From Vicinamibacterales bacterium (GTDB lineage: Bacteria; Acidobacteriota; Vicinamibacteria; Vicinamibacterales; G965250185): 64,000 nt of DNA. The stretch lies in NCBI GenBank assembly GCA_965250185.1, contig OZ252293.1, forward strand, positions 1,607,862-1,671,861, given 5' to 3'. Shown piece by piece: positions 19,776 through 30,746 of the stretch. How positions within the stretch are numbered: the first letter of the stretch is position 1; each line of letters begins with the position of its first letter. The notes beneath the pieces were generated by a model. The model made no database searches and was not told the origin of the DNA. It saw only the letters and a program-made list of their open reading frames with translations. The translations under genes and the position numbers were made by a program.

Positions 19776-21860
19776 TTAGACCCTCACGCCCGGAAGGCGA
19801 TTCGAGAGAACCGTCTCGACGGCCAAGAGCACGCCCGCGGCAATCAGTAGATACCACCACACCGACTGGCGGCGCTCCCGCTCCTCGGGGCTCAGCTCGG
19901 CGGCCGCCACTGCCGGTCTGGCGACATCCGCCCGCCCGACCGCCGCTCCTGCCAGCTCCTGCGGGTCGAGCGACGTGAGATTCGACTCCTGGATCTCGAG
20001 GTTGGCCGCGATCGCGCGAGGGCGCGGCTCCTCCACCCCCTGCCTGCGGATCTCGTAGAAGCCTTGCTCGGTCAACTCGAGCAGGCCGCCTCGATCGCCG
20101 CCGGCCACCTCGACCGTCTGGCCCGACGGCGAGAGCGCCACGCGGTCGACGCTCTCCGCGAGCGCGAGGGGCGGAGCGGACTCGTCGCCGGCATCGGTCC
20201 CCTCCGTGCTCAGACGCAGCACCTGCGCGACGGTGAACCACGGCGCCGACGGTGTGAACCCGCCGAGATACTGGGCCAGCTTGTGCACGAACGGCAGGAA
20301 GACCGGTTTGAGAGCCAGGTCGTTCCAGAAGGCGTCGAGCGTCGACGTCCAGACCAGCACGCGCCCGCTGCCAACCAGCCGCTCGGCGAGGGCCACGCTT
20401 CCGTCGTCGAACTGGGCCACGACCTGGCCTGCGTCAGCGACCGTCAGCGGACGATGTCGGAAGAACCGAGCCGATCCCATGTCGCCGCTCCGGGGCGTCC
20501 CGAACACTTCGAAGACAGGATGGCTGTAGTCCACGAACCCGAGCGCGCCGCCGCGCGCGCCGACTCGATCGGTTGGGGCCCCGAACGTACCCGGCAGCAG
20601 GTCGGGGCCGTCCGTCGGCCAGCGGCTCCGCTCGCCGAGGACGACGAGCAGCCCGCCGCCGCCCTCGACGTGTTCCACGAGTCGGCGTCGGACCGCGCCA
20701 CCCGGGAGCGCCGCATCATTGAGAATCACGACCGCACGACCGTCGAAGTCGGCCGGGGTCACCTGGTTGATGCGCCGAACGTCCGTCCGAAACGCTGGGG
20801 TCGTCCTGATGGCGAACGCGCGCTGGAGGTACAGGCTGGCGTCGCGGGCGGGCCTCGAGTCCTCGAGGATGAGCACGGAGACTGCCTCGTCTGGAGACAG
20901 CACGAAGTGAAACGCGTCGTCCGCCGGGAGTCGATCCGGAGCGCTCCGGACCACCCCACGAGTGAAGGGCTCGGTGAGCGTGAAGGGTGCGAACGTCACG
21001 GTCGTCGTGCCGTTCGGCTCCAGGGTGGCGTCCTGCGACTCGATGTCCGCCCCGTCGACCTCGAGCGTCACGGCGCGGCTGTTCACCGGCGCCGATCCCC
21101 GATTGAGAAGGCGGGCCGTGATGGTGACTCGCTCGCGTCCCGAGAATTGGCCACGCTCGAAGGTGGCGTTCACGACGGCGACGTTGGACGTTTCCGACTC
21201 CGAGACGTCGACCGGCGTCAGGACCACGCCCTCCGGCAAGGCCAGTGTTTCGGTGCCATCCCAACCCGATCGCTGGAAGTCGGTGATCAGTACGGCCTCG
21301 CGGTTCGGCAGTTCCGTCTGGTCGAACACCCCTTGCGCCAGCTTGAGGGCCGTCGCATAGCGCGTCACGCCTGACGATAGAGCCGCCGACTCGAGTGCGG
21401 CCGTCAGGCTCGCGCGGTCCGTGGTCGATCGAGGTCGTGCCTGGGCGCCCCGCGAGAACAGGACCAGCGTCGCCCGGTCTTCCGGGCCCATTTCGTCGAT
21501 CGCCTGGCGGGCGGCTGTCGTGGCGCGGTCCCAGCGATCCCCGTAGCCCATGCTGTAGGACTGGTCGAGCAGGATGACGACCTCGCGCGCGCCTCCGATG
21601 GCGTCGATCGCAAGCGCGGCGGAGCTGAAGAACGGGCGGGCGAACGCAGCCACGAGGAGCGCCAGCGCGGCGCAACGCAGCAGGAGCAGCAGCCAGTTCC
21701 GGATCCGGCGGCGTCGCATCGAAGGATACGGGATCCGTTCGAGGAACATGAGCGATGGAAACTCGATCACGTCGGCCCGCTCGCGCTGGATGAGGTGCAC
21801 CGCGATCGGGACAGCGATCGCCGCCAGGCCGAGCAGGAGCAGGGGAGCCAGAAACGCCAT
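19776..21860 (-). CDS. BatA-type VWA protein with N-terminal double-TM domain
   Basis: 'MAFLAPLLLLGLAAIAVPIAVHLI' is the BatA N-terminal domain. The MIDAS motif is 'DQSYSM'. There is a GATase1-like segment 'AVVILND...GGGLLVVLG' and a C-terminal TM. Confidence 0.8.
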   Translation of the reverse strand: MAFLAPLLLLGLAAIAVPIAVHLIQRERADVIEFPSLMFLERIPYPSMRRRRIRNWLLLLLRCAALALLVAAFARPFFSSAALAIDAIGGAREVVILLDQSYSMGYGDRWDRATTAARQAIDEMGPEDRATLVLFSRGAQARPRSTTDRASLTAALESAALSSGVTRYATALKLAQGVFDQTELPNREAVLITDFQRSGWDGTETLALPEGVVLTPVDVSESETSNVAVVNATFERGQFSGRERVTITARLLNRGSAPVNSRAVTLEVDGADIESQDATLEPNGTTTVTFAPFTLTEPFTRGVVRSAPDRLPADDAFHFVLSPDEAVSVLILEDSRPARDASLYLQRAFAIRTTPAFRTDVRRINQVTPADFDGRAVVILNDAALPGGAVRRRLVEHVEGGGGLLVVLGERSRWPTDGPDLLPGTFGAPTDRVGARGGALGFVDYSHPVFEVFGTPRSGDMGSARFFRHRPLTVADAGQVVAQFDDGSVALAERLVGSGRVLVWTSTLDAFWNDLALKPVFLPFVHKLAQYLGGFTPSAPWFTVAQVLRLSTEGTDAGDESAPPLALAESVDRVALSPSGQTVEVAGGDRGGLLELTEQGFYEIRRQGVEEPRPRAIAANLEIQESNLTSLDPQELAGAAVGRADVARPAVAAAELSPEERERRQSVWWYLLIAAGVLLAVETVLSNRLPGVRV

Positions 21861-22780
21861 CAGCGGACCCGGCTCAGACGCTCACGGGTGGACAGGTAGC
21901 TGAACAGGGCCAGATCCAGCGGCTTCGACGTGTCGAGCAGCGCGTAGTCGATGCGATGATCCGTGAACCTCTGGGAGAGCGCCGCAATGTGTTCCTGAAT
22001 CATCGTCCGGTACTGCTCGCGCATTTTCTCCGGTACGACCGGGATCTGCTCGCCGCTTTCCAGGTCCCGGAAGCTCGAGGCATCGTCGTACGGGAACTCG
22101 ATCTCCGCTGGATCCAGGAGGTGAAAGACGATCACGTCGTGACCGCGGTACCTGAGGCGCTTCACCGCGTCCAGCACCGCATCCGGCTCGTCGTAGAGGT
22201 CGGAGATCAGCACCAGGATGCCTCGTCGGCTCAGATGCTCGGTGATCTTCAGGAGCGGTCGGTCCAGCGAGCCCGGGTGCCCGGGCTTCATTCGGTCGAG
22301 CGTGTGAAGCACGACGTCCAGGTGCTTCGCTGACGGCGGCACGTGATCGACGATGTCGTCGTCGAACGTGATGATCCCGACCCGGTCGCGCTGCTTGTGC
22401 GAGAAATAGGTCAGCGACGCGGCGAGGTAGCGCCCATAGTCGAGCTTCGAGACGCCATGGCTACCGAAGCTCATCGACCGCGACACGTCGAACAGTACCG
22501 AGAAGTTCGCGTTCGAGTCGGCCTCGAACTGCTTCACGTAGAACCGATCGGTGCGCGCGAACAAACGCCAGTCGATTCGCCGGATGTCGTCACCCGGCAT
22601 GTAGCCGCGGTGTTCAGCGAAGTCGAGCGACAGCCCCAGGTACGGCGACCGGTGCAGGCCGTTGATGAACCCATCGACGACCGTCCGGGCCAGCAGCTCG
22701 AGATTGTCGATCCGGGCCAGCACTTTCGGATCGACGAAGCTCGCCCCCGGGATCAGCGTTTGCGCACGGTTGCGAGACAT
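21860..22780 (-). CDS. DUF58 domain protein
   Basis: ORF trimmed to ATG 22780 (MSRNRAQTL..). 'GLHRSPYLGLSLDFAEHRGYMPGDDIRRIDWR' is the DUF58 signature. The gene starts 2 nt after the MoxR stop. Confidence 0.8.
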   Translation of the reverse strand: MSRNRAQTLIPGASFVDPKVLARIDNLELLARTVVDGFINGLHRSPYLGLSLDFAEHRGYMPGDDIRRIDWRLFARTDRFYVKQFEADSNANFSVLFDVSRSMSFGSHGVSKLDYGRYLAASLTYFSHKQRDRVGIITFDDDIVDHVPPSAKHLDVVLHTLDRMKPGHPGSLDRPLLKITEHLSRRGILVLISDLYDEPDAVLDAVKRLRYRGHDVIVFHLLDPAEIEFPYDDASSFRDLESGEQIPVVPEKMREQYRTMIQEHIAALSQRFTDHRIDYALLDTSKPLDLALFSYLSTRERLSRVR

Positions 22781-22782
22781 CG

Positions 22783-23886
<1,104 letters not shown>

Positions 23887-23954
23887 TGTTCCTTGGCCTC
23901 TGCGTCTTTGGTTTTTGGTCTTGGTCGTGGGTCCCTTGGCCGCCGGTCGTTGGT

Positions 23955-23988
23955 TCACAACCACCAATCACCAACCACCAATCACAAT
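23955..23988. repeat. CACCAAT/CACCAAC heptamer array
   Basis: Reads cacaac caccaat caccaac caccaat cacaatc. It directly abuts the stop of DUF4159 paralogue 2. Confidence 0.85.
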
Positions 23989-24804
23989 CTAGTGCGTCAA
24001 CGCATACACGATGTAGTTCACGCCCAACTTGTAGGCTTCGTTCGAGAGCTCAATCGGCGTGAAGCCGCTGTCCGAATACTCCCAGTACTCGCCGATGTCG
24101 TTGTTGTAGTTGGCGATCAGGAGCAGGCGCTTGGACTGGTCGTTGTCCTCGTACACGCCGTAGAACGTTGGGCGGCCGCCGCGGCCGTAGAACTGGACGA
24201 AGTCTAGCGACTCGATCTCGAAGAACGAATGGAAGATCGGATGCGAAACGTCCAGTTCGACGAGCTGTGCCTCCGGCAGGACCCGGAGCAGCTGCTCCTC
24301 GAAGTTGTACCAGTGACTCCCGCGAAAGTCGTCGAAGATCAGGAAGCCGCCTTTCAGCAGGTAGCTTCGAGCCTTCGCGGCCTCCTCGTCCGTCTGGGTC
24401 CAGAAGCCGGGCTCCGACATGTAGGCGAGCGGATACTTGAACACCTCGTCGTCGCCGAGGGAGAGAATGTTGCTGCCTCCCCGGTAGGCGCGCAGCGACG
24501 TGATCTCTTCCAGGATGCTCACGAGGTTGCGCTCGGCCCGCGGGTAGTCGTGGGCCCAGGGCGCCCCTCCGCCTCGACCGAAGCCACCGCCGCCGAACGA
24601 CCCAGTGGGGTACTCGAGTCGGATGAAGGTGAAGATGCCGTCGTACGGGACATTCCGGGCGACGCTGGGCGCCGGACCCTGCTGACGTCCGCGCCCGCGC
24701 CCGCGCCGACCCCGCTGCGTCTCGACGAGCGTCGATGCGGCGACGGCCATGACCAGCGCGGCAGCGACCCAGAGCAGCGCATGGGAGCGAGTGCGTGGCC
24801 TCAT
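23989..24804 (-). CDS. DUF4159 domain protein (paralogue 2)
   Basis: Contains 'DDFRG', 'SHPIFH' and the C-terminal 'VYALTH', with a signal peptide. Its start forms an ATGA overlap with the upstream gene's stop. Confidence 0.75.
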   Translation of the reverse strand: MRPRTRSHALLWVAAALVMAVAASTLVETQRGRRGRGRGRQQGPAPSVARNVPYDGIFTFIRLEYPTGSFGGGGFGRGGGAPWAHDYPRAERNLVSILEEITSLRAYRGGSNILSLGDDEVFKYPLAYMSEPGFWTQTDEEAAKARSYLLKGGFLIFDDFRGSHWYNFEEQLLRVLPEAQLVELDVSHPIFHSFFEIESLDFVQFYGRGGRPTFYGVYEDNDQSKRLLLIANYNNDIGEYWEYSDSGFTPIELSNEAYKLGVNYIVYALTH

Positions 24805-25880
24805 GGCGTCCGTCCTTCCATTTCGCGAATCGCCCGCCCCTTGCGAGCCAGCTCGATGATCAACGCTTCCAGCTCCTCGCTGTAGCGCGCCGGATCGCGA
24901 TCGGGCTTCGAGGCGCGGAGTACGTCGATCCGCTCCTCGAGCACCTGGCGCTCGGTGTAGAGCGCCTGCAACTCGGGCGACGCGTCTGGCGCCACGTCGG
25001 CGGCCGCCTCGCTGGCTCGGGGTGCGAGGAACAGGGTTCGAGCGACCGCACCGTCGGCCGTCTCCGGGTCGGGCTCGTGGCTGCCCTCACCGTCGCCGTT
25101 GTCGTCCAGCAGCGCGTGTTCGGTCAGGAGGAGGCCGTCGTTCTCGTAGGTCTGAGCCACCTGGCGCCGCGCGTAGGTGTAGGCTTCCAGCATCGATACG
25201 TGGCCGTCCTTGTCGAGGTCCGGCTCGCTCTCGCCGCTGAACGCCTCGGTGAAGAAGCCGCCGAAGATCGCGTCATTCCGTTCGCGCCCCGTCTTGGTGG
25301 CCGTGATGATGGTGCGGCGGGGGCCCGACAGCGCCGCCACGAACTCCCCGCTCGCGGTGGCCAGGTTGGCGAACACCACCCGTTGCGTGGGAAAGCGCAC
25401 GAGCAGCGTGGCGAAATCGGCCGCGGCGAGATCGGGGCCCGGGAGATTGAATCGCGCGTCGCCGCCGTTCGAGGTGCCGTGGCCGATCAAGACGATGAAC
25501 ACCTTGTCGTTCGGACGGGCGGCCGCTGCAACCTCGTCGAGCGTCGCTTCAACGTTCTCACGCGTCGATCGTGCATCGATCCGGTCGGTGTCGCGATCCG
25601 GCTTCTCTCCGAGGTAGTGCACGTTGGCCGCGGGCAGGCCCGCCCGCTCGATGGCGTTATCGACGAGCTGCACCGCCCACTCGTGGAAGCGATCGCGATG
25701 TTCGGCGTCGCCGCCGATGCCGACGATCACGGCGAGGTGGGCCTCCTGGGCCGCCGAGACCTGTGGCCCAAGCAGTGGCCCGATCACGGCGAGGCCGATC
25801 GCGATGGCGAGGTATGGAGGCCTCGGCGCGCGCGGTAGGCCCGCTGTGCCCGCGATGCCCGGCATCATGCTCATGCTCAT
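24801..25880 (-). CDS. Legumain/C13-like domain protein, catalytic Cys position substituted
   Basis: ORF trimmed to ATG 25880 (MSMSMMPG..), which forms an ATGA overlap with the upstream stop. 'VFIVLIGHG' and 'VVFANLATASGEF', then 'TIITATKTGRE', align from memory to legumain 'IYFTDHG', 'MVFYIEACESGS' and 'NVYATTAANPRE'. Confidence 0.5.
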   Translation of the reverse strand: MSMSMMPGIAGTAGLPRAPRPPYLAIAIGLAVIGPLLGPQVSAAQEAHLAVIVGIGGDAEHRDRFHEWAVQLVDNAIERAGLPAANVHYLGEKPDRDTDRIDARSTRENVEATLDEVAAAARPNDKVFIVLIGHGTSNGGDARFNLPGPDLAAADFATLLVRFPTQRVVFANLATASGEFVAALSGPRRTIITATKTGRERNDAIFGGFFTEAFSGESEPDLDKDGHVSMLEAYTYARRQVAQTYENDGLLLTEHALLDDNGDGEGSHEPDPETADGAVARTLFLAPRASEAAADVAPDASPELQALYTERQVLEERIDVLRASKPDRDPARYSEELEALIIELARKGRAIREMEGRTP

Positions 25881-28213
25881 GCCAGCCCCCGGACGCGCCG
25901 ATACGCCCATTCGCCACCGATGAGCCCGAGCAGGAGCAGGAGCAGGATCGGCATGTCCCACAGGTCCCGATCCTCGACGACCGTTACGCCGCCGCCGACG
26001 TAGGTGATGTCCTCGGGGAGCGTCCCGGCCGTCTCCGCCGTGTAGAACCGGCCGCCCGTGTCCTCCGCGATGCGACGCAGTGTCGGGGCGCGCATGGCCG
26101 CGTCGTAGTACTCGCTATCGCTGCTCGCCGCCCGCACGTACGTGACGCTGCTGCCGGTCAGCTCGCCGTCACGCGATGCCTCGACACGGATCTCGTGCAG
26201 CCCTTCCTCGCTCGGCGCGAAGCTGGCGCGATATTCGCCGTCGCGCTCGACCGTCCAGTCCATCGGGATGTCGACGAGCGCGCCCGAGGGAGAGGTGACG
26301 GTCGCGACCACGTCGCCGTTGTTGAGGCCCAGGTACGACGGGTCCTGCACGTCAGCGAGGATCTCGACCGATTCGTCCGGCTCGATCTGGTCGCGGGACA
26401 CCGTCGCCTCGACCGGGTCCGGCACGCCATCGACGAGCCACCGCAGCAATCGCCGCCAGAAGTTCTCGTGGGTGACATCCTCGAGTGGCACGTCGGCATG
26501 CATTTGCCACATCCACGAGTCCTGGATCGGGAACGCCAGCGTCTTGCCGCGTCCGTAGCGCTCGTAGGCCAGCACCACGCGCGTTTCGCCTTCGTCCGAG
26601 AGACCCTCAAGCAGCGCCGTCGCACCCGGCTTGAGGCGCGTGATGGGGTTGAGGCTCGAAACTGCCGGCACGTCCTTCCAGCGGTCGACCGACTCCTGTT
26701 CGGTGTCGGCGATCTGGGTGGACGCGTGGGTCGCGCCGGCACGGGTCGGCTGCACTCTCAGCTCGACAAAGTCCGGCTCCTCGCTGGTCGCGTCCGGATC
26801 GAGCACGACCGGCAGCATGTCGGCAACCGGCGTGCCGGCGTAGCCGCCTTCGGCGAAGGAGTTCCGGCTGCCAAGCATGAGGAACCCGCCACCTCGTTGA
26901 TTCACGAAGTCGACGATCATCCGTAGCTGGTCCGCCGTGAAGTGGCTCGCCTCGACGCTTCCCAGGATGATGCCGTCGTAGGTGAAGAGTTCTTCCCGCG
27001 TCTTCGGGAATCCGCCCAGCAGGTCGTCCGGCTTGTCGACGTGGAGCCGCAGGAACTTGTTCCCCGCCGTGCGCTGGAGCACGACGAGCTGGAGGTTCTC
27101 GTCCTCCTCGACGGCCCGCCGGATGAACTTGACCTCGAACCGTGGCTCGCCTTCGAAATACAGGATCTTCTCGCGCCGATCCTCGACCATGACCAGTGCG
27201 TCGCGCACGTTGTTCTGCGTGACCATCTCATTGGTCTGCGCCGGCACGCGGAAGCTGAAGATGCGGGGGCCGTCATCGGCGGCGCTGAAGCGGACTCGGA
27301 CGGTCGCGGGCTGTCCGTCCGGCGCCAGCTCGACATCCTGCGAACTGACGATCCGACCGTCGTCCTCGACCAGCAGGGGCACTGTCTGGCCCGCGTAGCC
27401 TGTCTGCGTGATCACCACATCCACGACGAGCGCGGCGCCCTTGAGCACCGACCGCGGTGTGTCTATTCGGCTGAGCTGGATGTCCCGTTCGAAGGCTTCA
27501 CGGCCGAGCCCGACCGTGAAGACCGGCACCGACGCTGCCTGGAGCGGCAGAAGCGAATCGGTCAACGACTCCTGGGCATTGTCCGCACCGTCGGTCACCA
27601 TCACCAGGCCCGCCAGCGGCACCCCGGTCAGCTCCTCTCGCGCCACGTCCAGCGCTTGGCCCAGATGGCTGCGCGTACCGTCGAACGCGAGGTTACCGAC
27701 GCCGTCGATGCGGGACGTCGATGACGAGAAGCGGAAGAAGCGGAGGACGAAGCGCTCCGCAAGACCGGCCAACAGTGGGCTGTCCGGCCCGCCCAACTGC
27801 TCGACGACGAAGTCGCGCCGCGCCGCACCGTCGCGGTCTGCCACCTGCATGCTCAGCGAGTCGTCGATCAGTACGCCCAGAAAATTCTGTTGCGGGACGA
27901 CCGTCGATAGCACGAGTACCGGGCGGAACAGGCACACGAGGATTACGCCCAGCGTCGCGAGTCGCAGGGCCGTCAAGAGGAGACGATCGGCGGGTCGGGT
28001 CTTGGAGCGGACGCGTGCGTAGGTGATCGCGGCGGCCACCGCCGCGACGGCGAGCGCGGCGCCGACCAGGTACACGCTCGAGGGCGCCGTGAAGGCGATG
28101 TCGCCCTGCTCGAAGAGCAGCGGTCGGTACTTGAACAGGAATTCGAAGAGGCGTTCGAACACCGTGGGTCTCGAGGGCCGTCCGTCGGGAGCCGAGTCGT
28201 GACGCCATGCCAC
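25877..28213 (-). CDS. Membrane VWA protein with GATase1-like domain
   Basis: Has N-terminal TM helices and the MIDAS motif 'DDSLSM'. 'YDGIILGSVEASHF...GGGFLMLGS' is a GATase1-like (DUF1355-type) segment. There is a C-terminal TM 'PILLLLLLGLIGGEW'. The start may be GTG 28162 (VFERLFEFLFKYRP). Confidence 0.7.
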   Translation of the reverse strand: MAWRHDSAPDGRPSRPTVFERLFEFLFKYRPLLFEQGDIAFTAPSSVYLVGAALAVAAVAAAITYARVRSKTRPADRLLLTALRLATLGVILVCLFRPVLVLSTVVPQQNFLGVLIDDSLSMQVADRDGAARRDFVVEQLGGPDSPLLAGLAERFVLRFFRFSSSTSRIDGVGNLAFDGTRSHLGQALDVAREELTGVPLAGLVMVTDGADNAQESLTDSLLPLQAASVPVFTVGLGREAFERDIQLSRIDTPRSVLKGAALVVDVVITQTGYAGQTVPLLVEDDGRIVSSQDVELAPDGQPATVRVRFSAADDGPRIFSFRVPAQTNEMVTQNNVRDALVMVEDRREKILYFEGEPRFEVKFIRRAVEEDENLQLVVLQRTAGNKFLRLHVDKPDDLLGGFPKTREELFTYDGIILGSVEASHFTADQLRMIVDFVNQRGGGFLMLGSRNSFAEGGYAGTPVADMLPVVLDPDATSEEPDFVELRVQPTRAGATHASTQIADTEQESVDRWKDVPAVSSLNPITRLKPGATALLEGLSDEGETRVVLAYERYGRGKTLAFPIQDSWMWQMHADVPLEDVTHENFWRRLLRWLVDGVPDPVEATVSRDQIEPDESVEILADVQDPSYLGLNNGDVVATVTSPSGALVDIPMDWTVERDGEYRASFAPSEEGLHEIRVEASRDGELTGSSVTYVRAASSDSEYYDAAMRAPTLRRIAEDTGGRFYTAETAGTLPEDITYVGGGVTVVEDRDLWDMPILLLLLLGLIGGEWAYRRVRGLA

Positions 28214-28461
28214 GCCGGGCGATGTCCCTCTTCAGACGGCCCGACGCTGCGGAAAGTTTCCGCCTCGCCGTCACGATCACCGACGCAGTCGGTGATGCGC
28301 TCCGTTCGTCCGGCCGGGACACGCGCTCGGCCAGCAGGGCGGGAAACACCTCATGCTATCAGGTCTCGCCCCTCGCCGGGGGGGCGTTGGGCGCCTGATC
28401 GTGAGGTTTTTTTGCCATGAAACCTTTCCGAGTCATCAAAACGTCAAATTAAAACGAACGT

Positions 28462-29214
28462 ATGAATGCGCCGGCCGCTGTCTGTGAGCCCAGCGCCCGA
28501 CGCGGAGACACCATGAGCGCAGACACGAAGACCCGGATCCTGGATACCGCCGAGGTGCTGTTCGCCGAGCGCGGTTATTCGGCGACGTCGCTCAGAGACA
28601 TCACGGCCGAGGCGGGTGTCAACCTGGCCGCGGTCAACTACCACTTCGGTTCCAAGGAAGCGCTCCTGGCTGCCGTTTTCGAGCGGCGCGTCGTGCCGGT
28701 CAACGACGAGCGCCTCCGCTTGCTCGACCTCGTCGAGGCGGAGGCTGGCAAGGGTCCGCTCGACGCCGAGCCGGTCGTGCGCGCCTGCCTCGTGCCGGCA
28801 TTCCAGACGGGTGCGGAGTCTGGGCTGCCAGAGCCGAAGTTCATGCAGCTCGTGGGCCGCATGCACTCGGAGACCAACGAGCAGTTTCGTAAGGCGTTCT
28901 TCAGCCTCTTCGCCGAGGTTGCCCAGCGGTTCACGGCGGCGCTCGCCCGCGCGCTGCCGGAGGTCGCTCCGGAGGAGGTCACATGGCGTCTCCACTTCCT
29001 CATCGGTTCCTGGCGCACACGATGGTCTGGGGGCAGTGCTGTGATGGCGTCATGGCCCCACCGGCGCAGGACCACGACGATCTGCTCGAGGCACTGGCAC
29101 GCTTCGCCGTCGCCGGGATGCGCGCCGGCGGGTCGGCATCTGTCGCAGGGGGTGTCACGAAATCTTCACATCGGCTTCACGCGCGCGCCACAGCTCATTC
29201 GTAAGGACCATTAG
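28462..29214 (+). CDS. TetR/AcrR family regulator (C-terminal third apparently frameshifted; conserved frame ends at 29204)
   Basis: The HTH is 'ILDTAEVLFAERGYSATSLRDITAEAGVNLAAVNYHFGSKEAL'. After 'WRLHFLIG' the listed frame turns R/S/W/H-rich (non-native-looking), while the neighbouring frame reads LAHTMVW...LLEALARFAVAGMRA. Confidence 0.8.
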   Translation: MNAPAAVCEPSARRGDTMSADTKTRILDTAEVLFAERGYSATSLRDITAEAGVNLAAVNYHFGSKEALLAAVFERRVVPVNDERLRLLDLVEAEAGKGPLDAEPVVRACLVPAFQTGAESGLPEPKFMQLVGRMHSETNEQFRKAFFSLFAEVAQRFTAALARALPEVAPEEVTWRLHFLIGSWRTRWSGGSAVMASWPHRRRTTTICSRHWHASPSPGCAPAGRHLSQGVSRNLHIGFTRAPQLIRKDH

Positions 29215-29216
29215 AG

Positions 29217-30746
29217 ATGCCTCGACGAACCCATTCCCACACGTTCTGGATCGGGCTTCTGGTCATGGCCATCACGGCCATCGGCTGTGCGACCGTGGCT
29301 CCCGCGCCGATCGACCTGGACGTCTCGCTGCCGACCGGCTGGACTGGGCGCGCGACCGTGGAGGGCGAGGTGGTCGGCGACTGGTGGCCAGCGTTCGGCG
29401 ATCCGCAGCTGTCCGAGGCGGTTCGCACGGCTCTTCGGCAGAACTACGATCTTCTGGCGGCGGCCGCTCGGCTCGAGGACGCGGCGGCCGGCGCGCGAAT
29501 CGCGGGGGCGCCCCTCCAGCCGACGGTCGATGCGGGGCTGAACGGCGCCCGCCGGCGTCAGAATTTCATCGGGTTCCCGATTCCGGGCGGGGAGCGCGCC
29601 GTGCTGAGCTCGTTCTCGACGAGCTGGGGTGTATCGCTCAACACCAGCTGGGAAGCGGATCTCTGGGGCCGGCTACGGGCCGGCGCCCGCGCTGCCCTGG
29701 CAGATGTTCAGCGCTCGGCCGCCGATCTGCGCAGCGCCCGGCAGTCGATTGCCGGCCAGACGGTCAAGGCTTGGTTTGCGGTCGGCGAGGCGCACGAGCA
29801 GTTGGAGCTTGCGCAGCGCACGGTGGATAGCTTCGCCGCCAGCGCCGCCCAGGTGCAGGGACGCTTCGAACAGGGGCTTCGTCCCGCGCTCGATCTCCGC
29901 CTGGCCCTCTCGAGCCTGTCGACCGCCGAGGCGAACGTCGCGCTGCGTGAGCAGCAGACCGATGCCACGACCCGCCAGCTCGAGGTCTTGCTCGGGGAGT
30001 TCGCCGACAAGCACGCCGAGGTCGCCCGGACGCTGCCCGACACACCGGCGCCGGTGCCGGCGGGCTTACCGGCCGAGCTCGTCGGACGTCGGCCGGACGT
30101 CGTCGCGGCCGAACGATTCGTGGCGGCCGATCTGGAGCGCCTGAAGGTGGCGCGCGCCGACCTGTACCCGCGGCTCAGCCTGACCGCGTCCGGCGGCACC
30201 TCGACCCGGAGCTTGACGGATCTGCTCAACGGTGACTTCGGCGTCTGGAGTCTCGTGGGCAACCTGACCCAGCCGCTGTTCCAGGGCGGTCGGCTTCGGG
30301 GCGCCGTCGACCAGGCGAAGGCGCGGACCGACGAATCGCTGGCGAACTACGCGGGCGTCGCGCTCCAGGCCTACGCCGAGGTCGAGACGACGCTTGCCGC
30401 CGAGTCGCTGCTCGAGTCGCAGGAGCGCCACCTCACCGAGGCTGCCGAGCAGTCGACGGCCGCCGCGCGTCTCGCCGACGACCGATACATCGCCGGCCTG
30501 AGCGACTACATCAGCGTGCTCGAGTCCCAGCGCCAGGCCGTCAATTCGCAGTCAGCCCTGATCGCCGCTCGACGCCAGCGTCTCGACAACCGCGTCGACT
30601 TGCACCTGGCGCTCGGCGGCGGTTTCGAGACCGAGGCGCCGGCTGATCCACGGTCCAGCTCGGGTGATGACCCGAGGCACGAGTCCGACACCACCACCCC
30701 ACCGCCGGAGCGAGCGGCGTCAGATACGAAAGCGAGCGATCGATGA
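29217..30746 (+). CDS. RND efflux outer-membrane lipoprotein (NodT/TolC family)
   Basis: The lipobox is 'AIGC'. The protein shows the two-fold repeated TolC-like helices ('NYDLLAAAARLE', 'DLYPRLSL'). Confidence 0.85.
   Translation: MPRRTHSHTFWIGLLVMAITAIGCATVAPAPIDLDVSLPTGWTGRATVEGEVVGDWWPAFGDPQLSEAVRTALRQNYDLLAAAARLEDAAAGARIAGAPLQPTVDAGLNGARRRQNFIGFPIPGGERAVLSSFSTSWGVSLNTSWEADLWGRLRAGARAALADVQRSAADLRSARQSIAGQTVKAWFAVGEAHEQLELAQRTVDSFAASAAQVQGRFEQGLRPALDLRLALSSLSTAEANVALREQQTDATTRQLEVLLGEFADKHAEVARTLPDTPAPVPAGLPAELVGRRPDVVAAERFVAADLERLKVARADLYPRLSLTASGGTSTRSLTDLLNGDFGVWSLVGNLTQPLFQGGRLRGAVDQAKARTDESLANYAGVALQAYAEVETTLAAESLLESQERHLTEAAEQSTAAARLADDRYIAGLSDYISVLESQRQAVNSQSALIAARRQRLDNRVDLHLALGGGFETEAPADPRSSSGDDPRHESDTTTPPPERAASDTKASDR

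Noticed and set aside
28381-28461. TetR operator palindrome upstream of the efflux operon
   Set aside because: The region is relatively AT-rich and has short direct repeats (caaaacg / taaaacg). I could not find a convincing inverted repeat, so no operator is called.
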